34,741 nucleotides of DNA, taken from the NCBI GenBank assembly GCA_020058145.1, contig JAGVEP010000409.1:1-34741 (forward strand). The letters are read 5' to 3'. The first letter of the stretch is position 1, and each line of letters begins with the position of its first letter. Positions 19,537 to 28,078 of this stretch are shown one piece after another. This DNA comes from Phycisphaerae bacterium. GTDB taxonomy: Bacteria > Planctomycetota > Phycisphaerae > UBA1845 > Fen-1342. The notes below the pieces were generated by a model. It saw only the letters and a program-made list of their open reading frames with translations. It was not told where the DNA came from and ran no database searches. The translations under genes were made by a program, and so were the position numbers.

Positions 19537-22106
19537 GAGTGAAGATCGTTGTGGCCGCGGTGTTCGGCTGGTATCTCGCCGGGTTTGGCACCGCCCAACC
19601 GGCTACCGAGTCCTGCCGGGCCGAGTTGCAGGTCCAGCCTTGGCACGCCCATGTCGTGGTTGCGGGTGTGCCCGCGGAAGTCGCTCGGCAACTGTGCTCG
19701 ACGACCAGCATGTTCCCCGGACTGCGTCCCGAATGCCTGATCCTGGCCGATGCTGAGCCGGTAGCACGCGTGCCGCTCGCGGAGGACGGACAACTGCGGT
19801 TTTACATCGCGGCCAACGTTGTCCGGGATCGGACGAGTCTGCTGATTGAGCTGCGGCCTTCCGCAACACAGGCGCCCGACGGCCGCCCGCTCGCCTGGTC
19901 ACTGGCCATTCGCGGATGTGAGGCCGTGCAGTACGTTCGCCAGTCCTATACGATCGACATTGGACACCCGGGAGATGTGCCGTACGTCGGGAGCGGTTTT
20001 TCGTACCAGGAAGGCGCACAGGCGCGGCAGCCGGCGTGGGCGCACGATGCCGATTTTCGCTGGTCGCGCCCGGGCTGCCGTCTGCGCGTGCCCGTCGTGC
20101 CGGGGAACAGCCATACGATCACGCTTTTCGGCGGCGTCCCGGTTGGTTTTCGAGTCCTGAGCAATGAGCGGGAGTTGGCCCGCTTCGAGCGCGCCGCGAC
20201 CAGCGGCTCGTATTCCTTCGACGTAGCACCGGAGGTTACGGCTGACCGCGCCTTTCTCGAAATGACGCTCGTGAGCCTGGACCCAATGCCGTTGCCGAAT
20301 CTCGACCTGCGCGAGCTGTTCTGGGCCCTGGACAGAGTGACGGTCGAGACCTACGGGCCCGGCGGTGTTCTGGACGTTTCGGCCTTGCCGGCCGCCGACC
20401 TGGCGGACGCGGCGTTCCGGGCGGCACTCTCGGTCGATGATGAGGCGCCGTCTCCAGTGCCGGTTGCCCTTCGGGCACGCTGGGACTTGCCAGCGGGCTA
20501 CAAAACCGTCGCCCAAATGCAGCAGGAAGTCGCGACCGTTCTCGCACACGGCGGCGCCTGGTTCCCCGCCGCAGACACGGAGCCCGCGGATACCGCGTAC
20601 GTGAGCGCGCAACTCCTGACTCCTCTTTGGCGGATGACCGGGACGTTGAGCGCCCCGCAACGAGGAGAAATGACCGCCGATGTGGGGATTCTCATCACGC
20701 GCAGCCAACGCCGCGCCGCCCGCTTGCGGCCGAGTACGTCAGACCCACTGCTTCAATCCGCACGCGGAGCCATGCGACTCCTCGAGCGGCTGCAGTACGC
20801 GGTGGTACTCCTGGACGAGTATCGGCTGCCCGAGGATGGCTCCGACCTACCCTGCCTCATCGTGCCCAACCCGACTTTTTATCCGGTGAAGCTCTGGCGG
20901 CGCCTGCAAGGCTATGTGGAGCGCGGCGGCAGGCTGATTGTGGTGGCCAATCTCAGTCTCCCCTTCGATCAGGAGCCCGCCGTCCGCGCGCTGCTCGGGG
21001 CCGTACCCAGGTCCTACGAGCGTGGTCGGTTTCGCATTCCCGTTGGAGACGTCGAAGTTCCAGTCTACAACAACGATTGGCAGGCCGTCCTGGCTCTCGA
21101 TGCCGCTCAGTTACTGTTGCCGCTCGCGCCGGCTACAGGAAGCGGGGGGGAGACTCCGGTGTGGCCGGCGGTGTGCCGGAGGGAATTGGGGTCGGGACGG
21201 GTCGCGACCTTGGCGCTGGATCTGTTTCGTGATTATGAGCGCTATTCCAGCCATCTGTACGCGGACGTACTGCACCATGTTCTCGATCAACTGGGTGTCA
21301 CGCGGGCGCTGGCGATCCACGGAGCTCCCAGCGTCGTTCTCACGCGGGCAACCCGCGCAGACGGGTTGGCCGTCTACCTCACCAACGTGGCCCGCGGCCA
21401 TTACGACTCGGGTGGGCTGATGAACGCGGCTTGCACGGCCATCTTCGCGGATGCGATTCCGCCGACGCCGCCGGTGGAACTCACGTTGAAGTGCGCGACG
21501 CGTGTCGCGGACGTGAGTTTTGTGCCGCCGGACGCCGCCGCCGTCTGGAAGTGGAGCGACGGGCTGCTCGACATCACCACTTCGTCCATCGCGATCCAGC
21601 AGGCGATCGTGGTCCGCACCGACGCCTCGCCTGCCACGCGGGTGCTCTCCTTGCCAGCGGGTTTGCCCGCCGACGTGCCCCTGGTCAGCATCGCCGAGTC
21701 AGTCCGCGCGGACCTCGGTCTGGTTCCGCCGCTACAGACGCCGTGGCCAGTCGAGAAAGTCGAACAGCGCCCGCTCCTGTGGCTCGGCACCGGGCCGGCG
21801 GAGGGCCTGACGTTCAACGTGGCCTGTGCGCACCCCCGCAAGTTCCTGCTGCGCATCGAGGCGGCCGCCGGACACGGACGTACCGATTTCCTGCGCCATC
21901 TCGTGCTCACGCGCGACGGCGAGCCCGTCTGGTCTGGCACCCTGGAAAAATCGGCGGTTCTGAGCGCGAGCCTGGAACTCGGTCCGGGCGAGCACCGTAT
22001 GTGCTTGTACTGCACGGACGAGGCCACCGTGCTCAAACACCCGAACGGCGACACACGCAACCTGCTCGTGGCCCTGCGCGGCGTGACCGTTACGCTGACC
22101 CCGTAA
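19533..22106 (+). CDS. Secreted large protein paralogous to 17421..19536 over its central and C-terminal domains (glycoside-hydrolase-like accessory/GATase-like domain); function unknown
   Basis: GTG 19533 overlaps the upstream stop (GTGA, 19533-19536). The signal peptide reads MRVKIVVAAVFGWYLAGFGTAQP. Paralogy blocks are KTVAQMQQEVATVLAHGG / KTAVQLAQEAATVLANGG and WSDGLLDITT / WADGLLRVTL. Confidence 0.7.
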   Translation: MRVKIVVAAVFGWYLAGFGTAQPATESCRAELQVQPWHAHVVVAGVPAEVARQLCSTTSMFPGLRPECLILADAEPVARVPLAEDGQLRFYIAANVVRDRTSLLIELRPSATQAPDGRPLAWSLAIRGCEAVQYVRQSYTIDIGHPGDVPYVGSGFSYQEGAQARQPAWAHDADFRWSRPGCRLRVPVVPGNSHTITLFGGVPVGFRVLSNERELARFERAATSGSYSFDVAPEVTADRAFLEMTLVSLDPMPLPNLDLRELFWALDRVTVETYGPGGVLDVSALPAADLADAAFRAALSVDDEAPSPVPVALRARWDLPAGYKTVAQMQQEVATVLAHGGAWFPAADTEPADTAYVSAQLLTPLWRMTGTLSAPQRGEMTADVGILITRSQRRAARLRPSTSDPLLQSARGAMRLLERLQYAVVLLDEYRLPEDGSDLPCLIVPNPTFYPVKLWRRLQGYVERGGRLIVVANLSLPFDQEPAVRALLGAVPRSYERGRFRIPVGDVEVPVYNNDWQAVLALDAAQLLLPLAPATGSGGETPVWPAVCRRELGSGRVATLALDLFRDYERYSSHLYADVLHHVLDQLGVTRALAIHGAPSVVLTRATRADGLAVYLTNVARGHYDSGGLMNAACTAIFADAIPPTPPVELTLKCATRVADVSFVPPDAAAVWKWSDGLLDITTSSIAIQQAIVVRTDASPATRVLSLPAGLPADVPLVSIAESVRADLGLVPPLQTPWPVEKVEQRPLLWLGTGPAEGLTFNVACAHPRKFLLRIEAAAGHGRTDFLRHLVLTRDGEPVWSGTLEKSAVLSASLELGPGEHRMCLYCTDEATVLKHPNGDTRNLLVALRGVTVTLTP

Positions 22107-22185
22107 ACCGTCGGCCGCTCCGGGCGGCGCAGCGCTCACCTGCGGGTGCTGCGTTGCGTCGCGAGCTCGTGCGAGCGGCGATTTC

Positions 22186-22214
22186 TTGACGGTCACGGAG
22201 CCAGGGGCTAGGCT
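22186..22214 (+). promoter_or_regulatory. Candidate sigma-70-type promoter for wzm-wzt
   Basis: TTGACG (22186-22191) - 17 nt - TAGGCT (22209-22214), ~28 nt upstream of ATG 22242. Confidence 0.35.
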
Positions 22215-22241
22215 TTCGCGAGCGCGCCGAGTGTCCGAATT

Positions 22242-23057
22242 ATGGTTGTGAGTCTCTGGAAATATCGCCGGCTGATCCTGTACAACTCCGTGGGCGATCT
22301 GCGCAACCGCTACCGCGGGAGCGTCGCCGGGTATTTGTGGAACGTGTTCGTGCCGCTGGCGCAGATTATCGTGTTTTCCACGATTTTTGCGGCCCTGATG
22401 GGCTGGGACCTGCCCGACATACGGGGGGTGAAAATCAAGAGCGGCCTAAGCTACGTCGTGTTTCTCTGCTCGGGGCTGCTGCCCTGGAACACGTTCGCGG
22501 ATACGCTCATGCGCGGCGTGTCGAGCCTGGTCGGCAATGCGGGCTATCTCAAGAAACTGCCGCTGCCGGAACAGCTCTTTGTCGCCCAGGACGCGTGCAG
22601 CGGCTTTCTGTCCGGCCTCTTGGCCGTGGCGATCTTTCTCGTGTTCAGCATCGCCGTCGCCGGCTATGGGCCGTATTGGGAGTGGATACAGATTCTACCC
22701 GGCATGATCCTCCTGAGCAGCTTCGCGTTTGGGCTGGGGTTGGCCCTGAGTTGTATCAATGTGTTTTTCCGCGATGTACAGCCGCTTACGCAAGTGGTGG
22801 TGTTGCTGTGGTTCTGGCTTACGCCGGTTGTGTATATGGAGAGCCACTTCGACAAACCCGGCAAGGAGTGGATGCTGAGTCTGCTGGCGTTCAACCCGAT
22901 GTACCACTTCGTGAAGATCTTCCACGAGGGCGTCTTCATGCACGGCTGGGTGCCGGCGCACACCTGGATCATCTGCGGGCTGGCGACGGCGGCGGTGAAC
23001 GGGTTAGCGCACGCCGTGCTCTGGCGCCTGCGGGCGGATATTCGGGACGCGTTATGA
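22242..23057 (+). CDS. wzm: ABC-2 type polysaccharide/O-antigen export permease (Wzm/TagG family)
   Basis: 271 aa with six hydrophobic helices. The N-terminal signature LWKYRRLILYNSVGDLRNRYRGSVAGYLW is typical of ABC-2 Wzm/KpsM/TagG permeases. The stop overlaps the ATG of the ATPase gene (ATGA). Confidence 0.88.
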   Translation: MVVSLWKYRRLILYNSVGDLRNRYRGSVAGYLWNVFVPLAQIIVFSTIFAALMGWDLPDIRGVKIKSGLSYVVFLCSGLLPWNTFADTLMRGVSSLVGNAGYLKKLPLPEQLFVAQDACSGFLSGLLAVAIFLVFSIAVAGYGPYWEWIQILPGMILLSSFAFGLGLALSCINVFFRDVQPLTQVVVLLWFWLTPVVYMESHFDKPGKEWMLSLLAFNPMYHFVKIFHEGVFMHGWVPAHTWIICGLATAAVNGLAHAVLWRLRADIRDAL

Positions 23058-24403
23058 CGCCGGTAAAGGTCGAAGTCGCCCATCTGACCAAGCGCTTCAA
23101 GATCTACCGCCGCGCGTCCGGCCGGCTCATCGAGTGGCTGTCCGGCGGCAGCGCCGTCCGGCATGACCTGTTCACGGCACTCGACGACATCAACTTTACC
23201 ATGCAGCAGGGGGAGTTCTTCGGCATCATCGGCCCCAACGGCTCCGGCAAGAGCACGCTGCTCAAAATCCTGACCCGTGTGCTCTGGCCGACCGCGGGCC
23301 GTTTTCACATCGACGGCCGCGTGACGAGCCTCCTGGAACTTGGCACGGGCTTCAACCCCGAGCTGACCGGCCGCGAAAACATCGTCAACAGCGCCCGTTT
23401 CCTCGGCTTTGACGAGGCGTACATCCAGCGGCGCATGCCGGAGATGATCGCGTTCGCCGACATCGGGCACTATGTCGATCAGCCGATCAAGTACTACTCT
23501 TCCGGCATGTTGGTACGTCTGGCGTTTTCGATTTTCTCGCACGTCGAGCCGGACGTGTTCATCGTCGACGAGGCCCTCTCGGTCGGCGACGTGTATTTCA
23601 CGCAGAAGTGCTTCCAGCGCCTGGATCAGATGCGCAGCGCCGGCTGCACGCTGCTCTTTGTCAGTCACGACCTGACCGCGGTGCGCAAGTACTGCGACAA
23701 AGCTCTGTACTTGCACGAAGGCCACTGCCGCTTCCTTGGCTCGCCGGTCGAGGCCACGGACCTGTACCTGGAAGCCATGTCGCCCGGCGGGGTGGCGCGG
23801 CAGCTCGCACCCCAGAGCGACGGCCGGCTGCGTCCGGACCCTACGGCGGAGCAGATTCGCGCGCGGGTGACGGCCTTGCGTACCCGTTTCGGCCGCGAGC
23901 TCGGGGAGAAGTTCGATGAAGCCGCGTGCGCGCGGGTGGCCGGGTTTACCAGTGCCCGCATCGGCACCGGCCAGGCGCACGTGGTGGCCCTGCGCGTGTG
24001 TGGCGCGGACGGGCACAGCCGCGAGTGTTTCTCGCTGCGCGACGTCATTCACGTACACCTGCTGGCCGAGGTGGTGGCGGACGTCGCGAAATCGACCGTG
24101 AGTCTACAGGTCACCAACCACATGGGTATTGTGGTGTGGGGTACAAATCATGAGCGGCTGACCGGTCAAACGGTGACCTTGCGGGCGGGCACGTGGTTCT
24201 ACACCCATTTTGTGCTCCAGCCCGGTCTCGGTCCCGGTGAGTACACAGTGGACGTTGGCCTGGGGGATGCCAGCGGCGAAGGGCACGTCTTCGATCGTCT
24301 GACCGGCATTGCCCGCCTGGAGATCACCCCGGAAGGCGCCCGCGACTTCATGGGCCTGGCGCGCATCCCCTGTGAGTGCACCGTCGCGAGTTACCCGGCC
24401 TGA
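23054..24403 (+). CDS. wzt: Polysaccharide export ABC transporter ATP-binding protein with a C-terminal glycan-binding (Wzt_C-like) domain
   Basis: ATG 23054 (ATGA overlap). Motifs: Walker A GPNGSGKST, signature YSSGMLVRLAF, Walker B VFIVDEALSVGD. A ~180-aa C-terminal beta-sandwich-like extension (VVALRVCGADG...TVDVGLGDASGEGHVFDRLTGIARLEI) resembles that of Wzt proteins that recognise a terminally modified O-antigen. Confidence 0.88.
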   Translation: MTPVKVEVAHLTKRFKIYRRASGRLIEWLSGGSAVRHDLFTALDDINFTMQQGEFFGIIGPNGSGKSTLLKILTRVLWPTAGRFHIDGRVTSLLELGTGFNPELTGRENIVNSARFLGFDEAYIQRRMPEMIAFADIGHYVDQPIKYYSSGMLVRLAFSIFSHVEPDVFIVDEALSVGDVYFTQKCFQRLDQMRSAGCTLLFVSHDLTAVRKYCDKALYLHEGHCRFLGSPVEATDLYLEAMSPGGVARQLAPQSDGRLRPDPTAEQIRARVTALRTRFGRELGEKFDEAACARVAGFTSARIGTGQAHVVALRVCGADGHSRECFSLRDVIHVHLLAEVVADVAKSTVSLQVTNHMGIVVWGTNHERLTGQTVTLRAGTWFYTHFVLQPGLGPGEYTVDVGLGDASGEGHVFDRLTGIARLEITPEGARDFMGLARIPCECTVASYPA

Positions 24404-25377
24404 TCCCCCTCCGCCGGCCGGCCGGCGGGCGCGGGGAAGTTGATCCGCTCCCGTTCGACGACCAGCGGCCGTTTGCGCACCTGAAAATGGATGGCGCTGA
24501 TGTACTCACCGAGCACGCCGAAGAAGAAAAGCTGTATCCCGGCAAAGAAGAAGATCGCGACGATCAAGGTGGGGATGCCCGGCGCGCCGAGTTGGCCGAG
24601 GATCGCGTTCAGGATCAGCGTGGCGAAAGCATACAACAGGCTGAGCACCGCCAGCACGAACCCGGCCAACAGGCACAGCCGCATGGGCACGTTGGTAAAC
24701 GAAATCAGCCCATTCAGGCCCTGGTCAATCAGATGGTACAGGCGGTTCTTGGAGAATCCCCGGCGCCGGGCTTTCCAGGTGTACGGCACACCGACGGCGC
24801 GAAAGCCACAACTCGCGATCATGCCGCGGATGTAAGGATAATAGTCGTCGCAGGCGCGCAGCGCCTCGATGACCACCCGGTCGATGAGCTGAAAATCGCC
24901 GACGTTGAGCGGAATGTGAATACCGGCGCAGTAGTTCACGAGCCGGTAATACAGCCCCCGCACCGTCCGCATCGTCCAGCCTTCCTCGCGATTGGCCCGA
25001 ATGCCATACGCGACTTCGTGGCCGTTCTCCCAGTGGCGCACAAACTCCGGGATGACTTCGGGCGGGTCCTGGAGATCCACGGGCAGCAGCACGACCGCCG
25101 CGTCTCCGCGGGCACTCATCAGGCCGTTGAACGTCGAACAGGACGGGCCGAAGTTACGCGCGTTGACAATCACCCGGACACGCGCGTCGCTGGCGGCCAG
25201 CTCGCGCAGCACGGCGACCGTGCGGTCGCCCGACGCGTTGTCGCAGAAAATGTGCTCGTAGTCGTACTGCGGCAGCCCCGCGAAGACCCGCGCAACCGCG
25301 GCGTGACAGTCGCGCACGTTTTCCTCTTCGTTGTACACCGGGGTGATGACGCTGATGCACTTGGGCGCTGCGTTCAC
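24391..25377 (-). CDS. GT2-family polyprenyl-phosphate glycosyltransferase (GtrB/ArnC/DPM1-like) with two C-terminal TM helices
   Basis: GTG 25377 overlaps the upstream stop (GTGA). Motifs: ISVITPVYNEEENV, DNASGDRT, LPVDLQDPPE. The C-terminal helices read LCLLAGFVLAVLSLLYAFATLIL and IVAIFFFAGIQLFFFGVLGEYI. Confidence 0.85.
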   Translation of the reverse strand: MNAAPKCISVITPVYNEEENVRDCHAAVARVFAGLPQYDYEHIFCDNASGDRTVAVLRELAASDARVRVIVNARNFGPSCSTFNGLMSARGDAAVVLLPVDLQDPPEVIPEFVRHWENGHEVAYGIRANREEGWTMRTVRGLYYRLVNYCAGIHIPLNVGDFQLIDRVVIEALRACDDYYPYIRGMIASCGFRAVGVPYTWKARRRGFSKNRLYHLIDQGLNGLISFTNVPMRLCLLAGFVLAVLSLLYAFATLILNAILGQLGAPGIPTLIVAIFFFAGIQLFFFGVLGEYISAIHFQVRKRPLVVERERINFPAPAGRPAEGDQAG

Positions 25378-26297
25378 GTGGCTCTCCCCTTGAGCGTCAC
25401 GAGCACCAGGTCGAGCAGCGTGCCATCCTGGTCACGCAGGTACGCCTGGCTGCCGATGCGCTCGCGGATTTGATCTGGGGACCCGAAGCGGGCAAATGGC
25501 CCATGCGCCCCCGCCAGTTCGGCGAGAACCTCCGCGACGGCCGAGCCCAACCCGCCGATGATGCTGTGTTCCTCGACCGTGACGACCCCGCCGGTCTCGT
25601 GCGCCGCCGCTGCGACCGCCGCGGTATCGAGCGGCTTGAGCGTCGGCATGCTCACGACCCGGGCTTCGATGCGATGTTGTGTCGCCAGCCGGCCGGCGGT
25701 CTCCATGGTGTACGCCAGCGTCGCGCCCGTCGAGATGAGCGTCACGTCGCGGCCCTCGCGCAGCCGCAGCGCGCGGCCAATCGCGAAATCCGGCGGATTC
25801 TGGTGCACCACGGTCTCGCGTGCCTTGCCGAGCCGCAGATAGCACGGTCCCGGCCAGTTGACGAGCGCGCGGGTCGCCAGCGCCGTCTCGACGGGGTCGC
25901 CCGGGGCCAGGACGGTCATGTTCGGCAGGGCCCGCATGACGGCGAGGTCTTCGAGGCCGTGGTGCGTGTAGCCCTGCGGCCCGTAGGCGAAGCCGCCGCC
26001 GACGGCGACGATTTTGACCGGCAGTTCGTGGTAGCAGACGTCGTTGCGAATCTGCTCCAGGCAGCGGATCGTCGGGAAATTGGCAATGGAATAGGTGAAA
26101 ACGATGTGGCCGCAGCTCGCCACGCCGGCCGCCACGCCGGTGAGGTTCTGCTCGGCGACGCCGACGTTGACGTAGCGGGTGGGAAAACGCGCGAAGAAGC
26201 GTTCGAGCACGGAATACCCGAGGTCTCCGGAGAGCAGCCAGATACGCGGGTCCTGGCTCGCCAGCTCGCAGAGCGTGTTGATGAACGCCGTTCTCAC
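25374..26297 (-). CDS. Transketolase, C-terminal (pyrimidine-binding + C-terminal domain) subunit of a split transketolase
   Basis: 307 aa. Motifs: RTAFINTLCELASQDPRIWLLSGDLGYS, NVGVAEQNLTGVAAG, GPQGYTHHGLEDLAVMRALPNM. There is a 4-nt overlap with the N-terminal subunit gene. Confidence 0.88.
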   Translation of the reverse strand: MRTAFINTLCELASQDPRIWLLSGDLGYSVLERFFARFPTRYVNVGVAEQNLTGVAAGVASCGHIVFTYSIANFPTIRCLEQIRNDVCYHELPVKIVAVGGGFAYGPQGYTHHGLEDLAVMRALPNMTVLAPGDPVETALATRALVNWPGPCYLRLGKARETVVHQNPPDFAIGRALRLREGRDVTLISTGATLAYTMETAGRLATQHRIEARVVSMPTLKPLDTAAVAAAAHETGGVVTVEEHSIIGGLGSAVAEVLAELAGAHGPFARFGSPDQIRERIGSQAYLRDQDGTLLDLVLVTLKGRAT

Positions 26298-27118
26298 GCC
26301 TGTTCCCCCAGTTCCGCCAGCGCCGCCGCCAACTGCTCGTCGTTGGGCGACTGGTAATGCCAGGCCAGTTGATTTTCCATGAAGCTCACGCCTTTGCCCT
26401 TGACCGTGTGCGCGATGACGACCGATGGCCGGCCTGGCTGGAAGGGCACGGCCCCGAGCGCGGCGTGAATCTGGGCATGGTCGTGGCCGTCAAGCTCGCG
26501 GACCGCCCAGCCGAACGCCCGCCACTTGTCCGCCAGGGGTTCCAGGTCGAGCACTTCCTTCACGGTCCCGAAGCTCTGAATCTTGTTGTAGTCGATCACG
26601 GCCACCAGGTTATCCAGGCGGTGATGCGGGGCGAAGAGAACCGCCTCCCAGGTGGAACCCTCGTCACATTCGCCATCGCTGAGCTGGACAAACGCACGAA
26701 ACTCCTGGCCAGCGCGCTTGGCCGCGAGCGCCACGCCACAACCCAGCGAGAGACCATGACCGAGGGAGCCCGTGGAGAAATCCACACCGGGAACATGGCG
26801 GGAAACGTGTCCTGCCAGGAGGCTGCCGTCGTCGCAGTAGCCGTCGAGCCAGGCGTGCGGAAAGAAGCCGCGCTCGGCGAGCACGGCGTACAGGGCGGCG
26901 GCGCCATGCCCCTTGCTCAGGACGAAACGGTCACGGGCCGGCCAGTCCGGGCGCCGGGGCTCGACACGCAGCACGGAGTGGTAGAACACGGCCAGCAGAT
27001 CCGTCATGCTCAGGCAGGTGCCAATGTGCGACGCCTTGGCGTGGTGCACCATGCGCACGGCGCGCGCGCGGATGCGCCGGGCCAGCGGAATCGTCGTGTG
27101 GGTGTTGTCAGTCGCCAC
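26294..27118 (-). CDS. Transketolase, N-terminal (ThDP-binding) subunit of a split transketolase
   Basis: 274 aa with a GTG start at 27118. Motifs: ASHIGTCLSMTDLLAVFY, LSKGHGAAALYAVL, SLGHGLSLGCGVALA, LSDGECDEGSTWEA. Confidence 0.88.
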   Translation of the reverse strand: MATDNTHTTIPLARRIRARAVRMVHHAKASHIGTCLSMTDLLAVFYHSVLRVEPRRPDWPARDRFVLSKGHGAAALYAVLAERGFFPHAWLDGYCDDGSLLAGHVSRHVPGVDFSTGSLGHGLSLGCGVALAAKRAGQEFRAFVQLSDGECDEGSTWEAVLFAPHHRLDNLVAVIDYNKIQSFGTVKEVLDLEPLADKWRAFGWAVRELDGHDHAQIHAALGAVPFQPGRPSVVIAHTVKGKGVSFMENQLAWHYQSPNDEQLAAALAELGEQA

Positions 27119-28070
27119 GTGGTTCTCGGGTCCTGCCCGCGTGCCATTGTCGATACCAGTCTACGGTGCGTCGGAGTCCTTCGTCGAGCGAAGTTTGGGG
27201 CGTCCAAGCTGTTGCCGTGGTCAACTTCGTGATGTCCGCCTCGAGGTGCATCACCTGGTCCGGGCGGTACGGCACCTCGCCGAAACCCAGCTCGGCGACG
27301 GGGTCGACCAGGTCGCGGATGCGCTCGACGATCTCACGGATCGTCGCCGTGCGGCCCGAGCCGAGGTTGAAGATACCGGTGGCCTGCCCTGTCGCGGCCA
27401 CGCGGCAGACGGCCTCCGCCGCGTCCTCGACGTGAACATAATCCCAGCGCTGGCGGCCCGCCGTGAGCGCCGGACGCTCGTGGCGCAGCAGCCGCAAGGT
27501 CAGGTACGGGATCATCCACGACGGGTCATCCATGGGCCCGTAGGCCGAGAAAAGCCGCAGCCAGGCGAACCGGATGTTGGCCGTCGCGCACAAGTGCTGC
27601 GCCAACATGCAGGCGGACAGCTTGGTGATCCCGTAGAGCGTGGTCGGGTGTGTCGGCGTATCCTCGCGGAGCGGGCCTTCATGCGGTCCGTATTCCGCCT
27701 GCGAACCGAGCCCGATCCAATGCCGGACACCGATCCGGTGCGACAAACGGACCAGATTCACCGTCGCCTCGACGTTGTCGATCTGCTGCGGGTCGTTGCG
27801 GAAGGTGTTGGTGACGCCAGTCCAGGCCAGATGGAGAACCGTGTCCGGCGCAAAGGCGGCCACGGCTGACTCGGCGGCGGCGATTTGGCGCAGGTCTCCA
27901 TCGATCCGCTGCACGCGGTGGGCGAGGTCGCGGATGCGCCAAGCGTCGCTCGTCGTGCGGAGGAACGCGGCCACCTGCACCCGCTCATCCGCGAGCAGCC
28001 GCCGCAGCACGTGGGCCCCGATGAAGCCGGTGGCGCCGGTGAGCAGAATTCGCGAGCCAGGTGGAGTCAT
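27108..28070 (-). CDS. NAD(P)-dependent sugar epimerase/reductase (extended SDR family)
   Basis: Rossmann motif LLTGATGFIGAHV and catalytic YGITK (YxxxK). The gene sits in an NDP-sugar operon. Confidence 0.85.
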   Translation of the reverse strand: MTPPGSRILLTGATGFIGAHVLRRLLADERVQVAAFLRTTSDAWRIRDLAHRVQRIDGDLRQIAAAESAVAAFAPDTVLHLAWTGVTNTFRNDPQQIDNVEATVNLVRLSHRIGVRHWIGLGSQAEYGPHEGPLREDTPTHPTTLYGITKLSACMLAQHLCATANIRFAWLRLFSAYGPMDDPSWMIPYLTLRLLRHERPALTAGRQRWDYVHVEDAAEAVCRVAATGQATGIFNLGSGRTATIREIVERIRDLVDPVAELGFGEVPYRPDQVMHLEADITKLTTATAWTPQTSLDEGLRRTVDWYRQWHAGRTREPRGD

Positions 28071-28078
28071 CCGCGGCC

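Noticed and set aside
22107-22185. Terminator after the 19533..22106 gene (small GC hairpins GCCGC-tccgg-GCGGC and CGCAGC...GCTGCG)
   Set aside because: The stems are only 5-6 bp in GC-rich sequence and have no U-tract, so they are indistinguishable from chance.
22337-23053. Long N-terminal extension of the wzt ORF (ORF-track start 22337)
   Set aside because: It is an out-of-frame overlap of the whole wzm gene. ATG 23054 forms an ATGA coupling with the wzm stop, and the ABC ATPase fold starts there.
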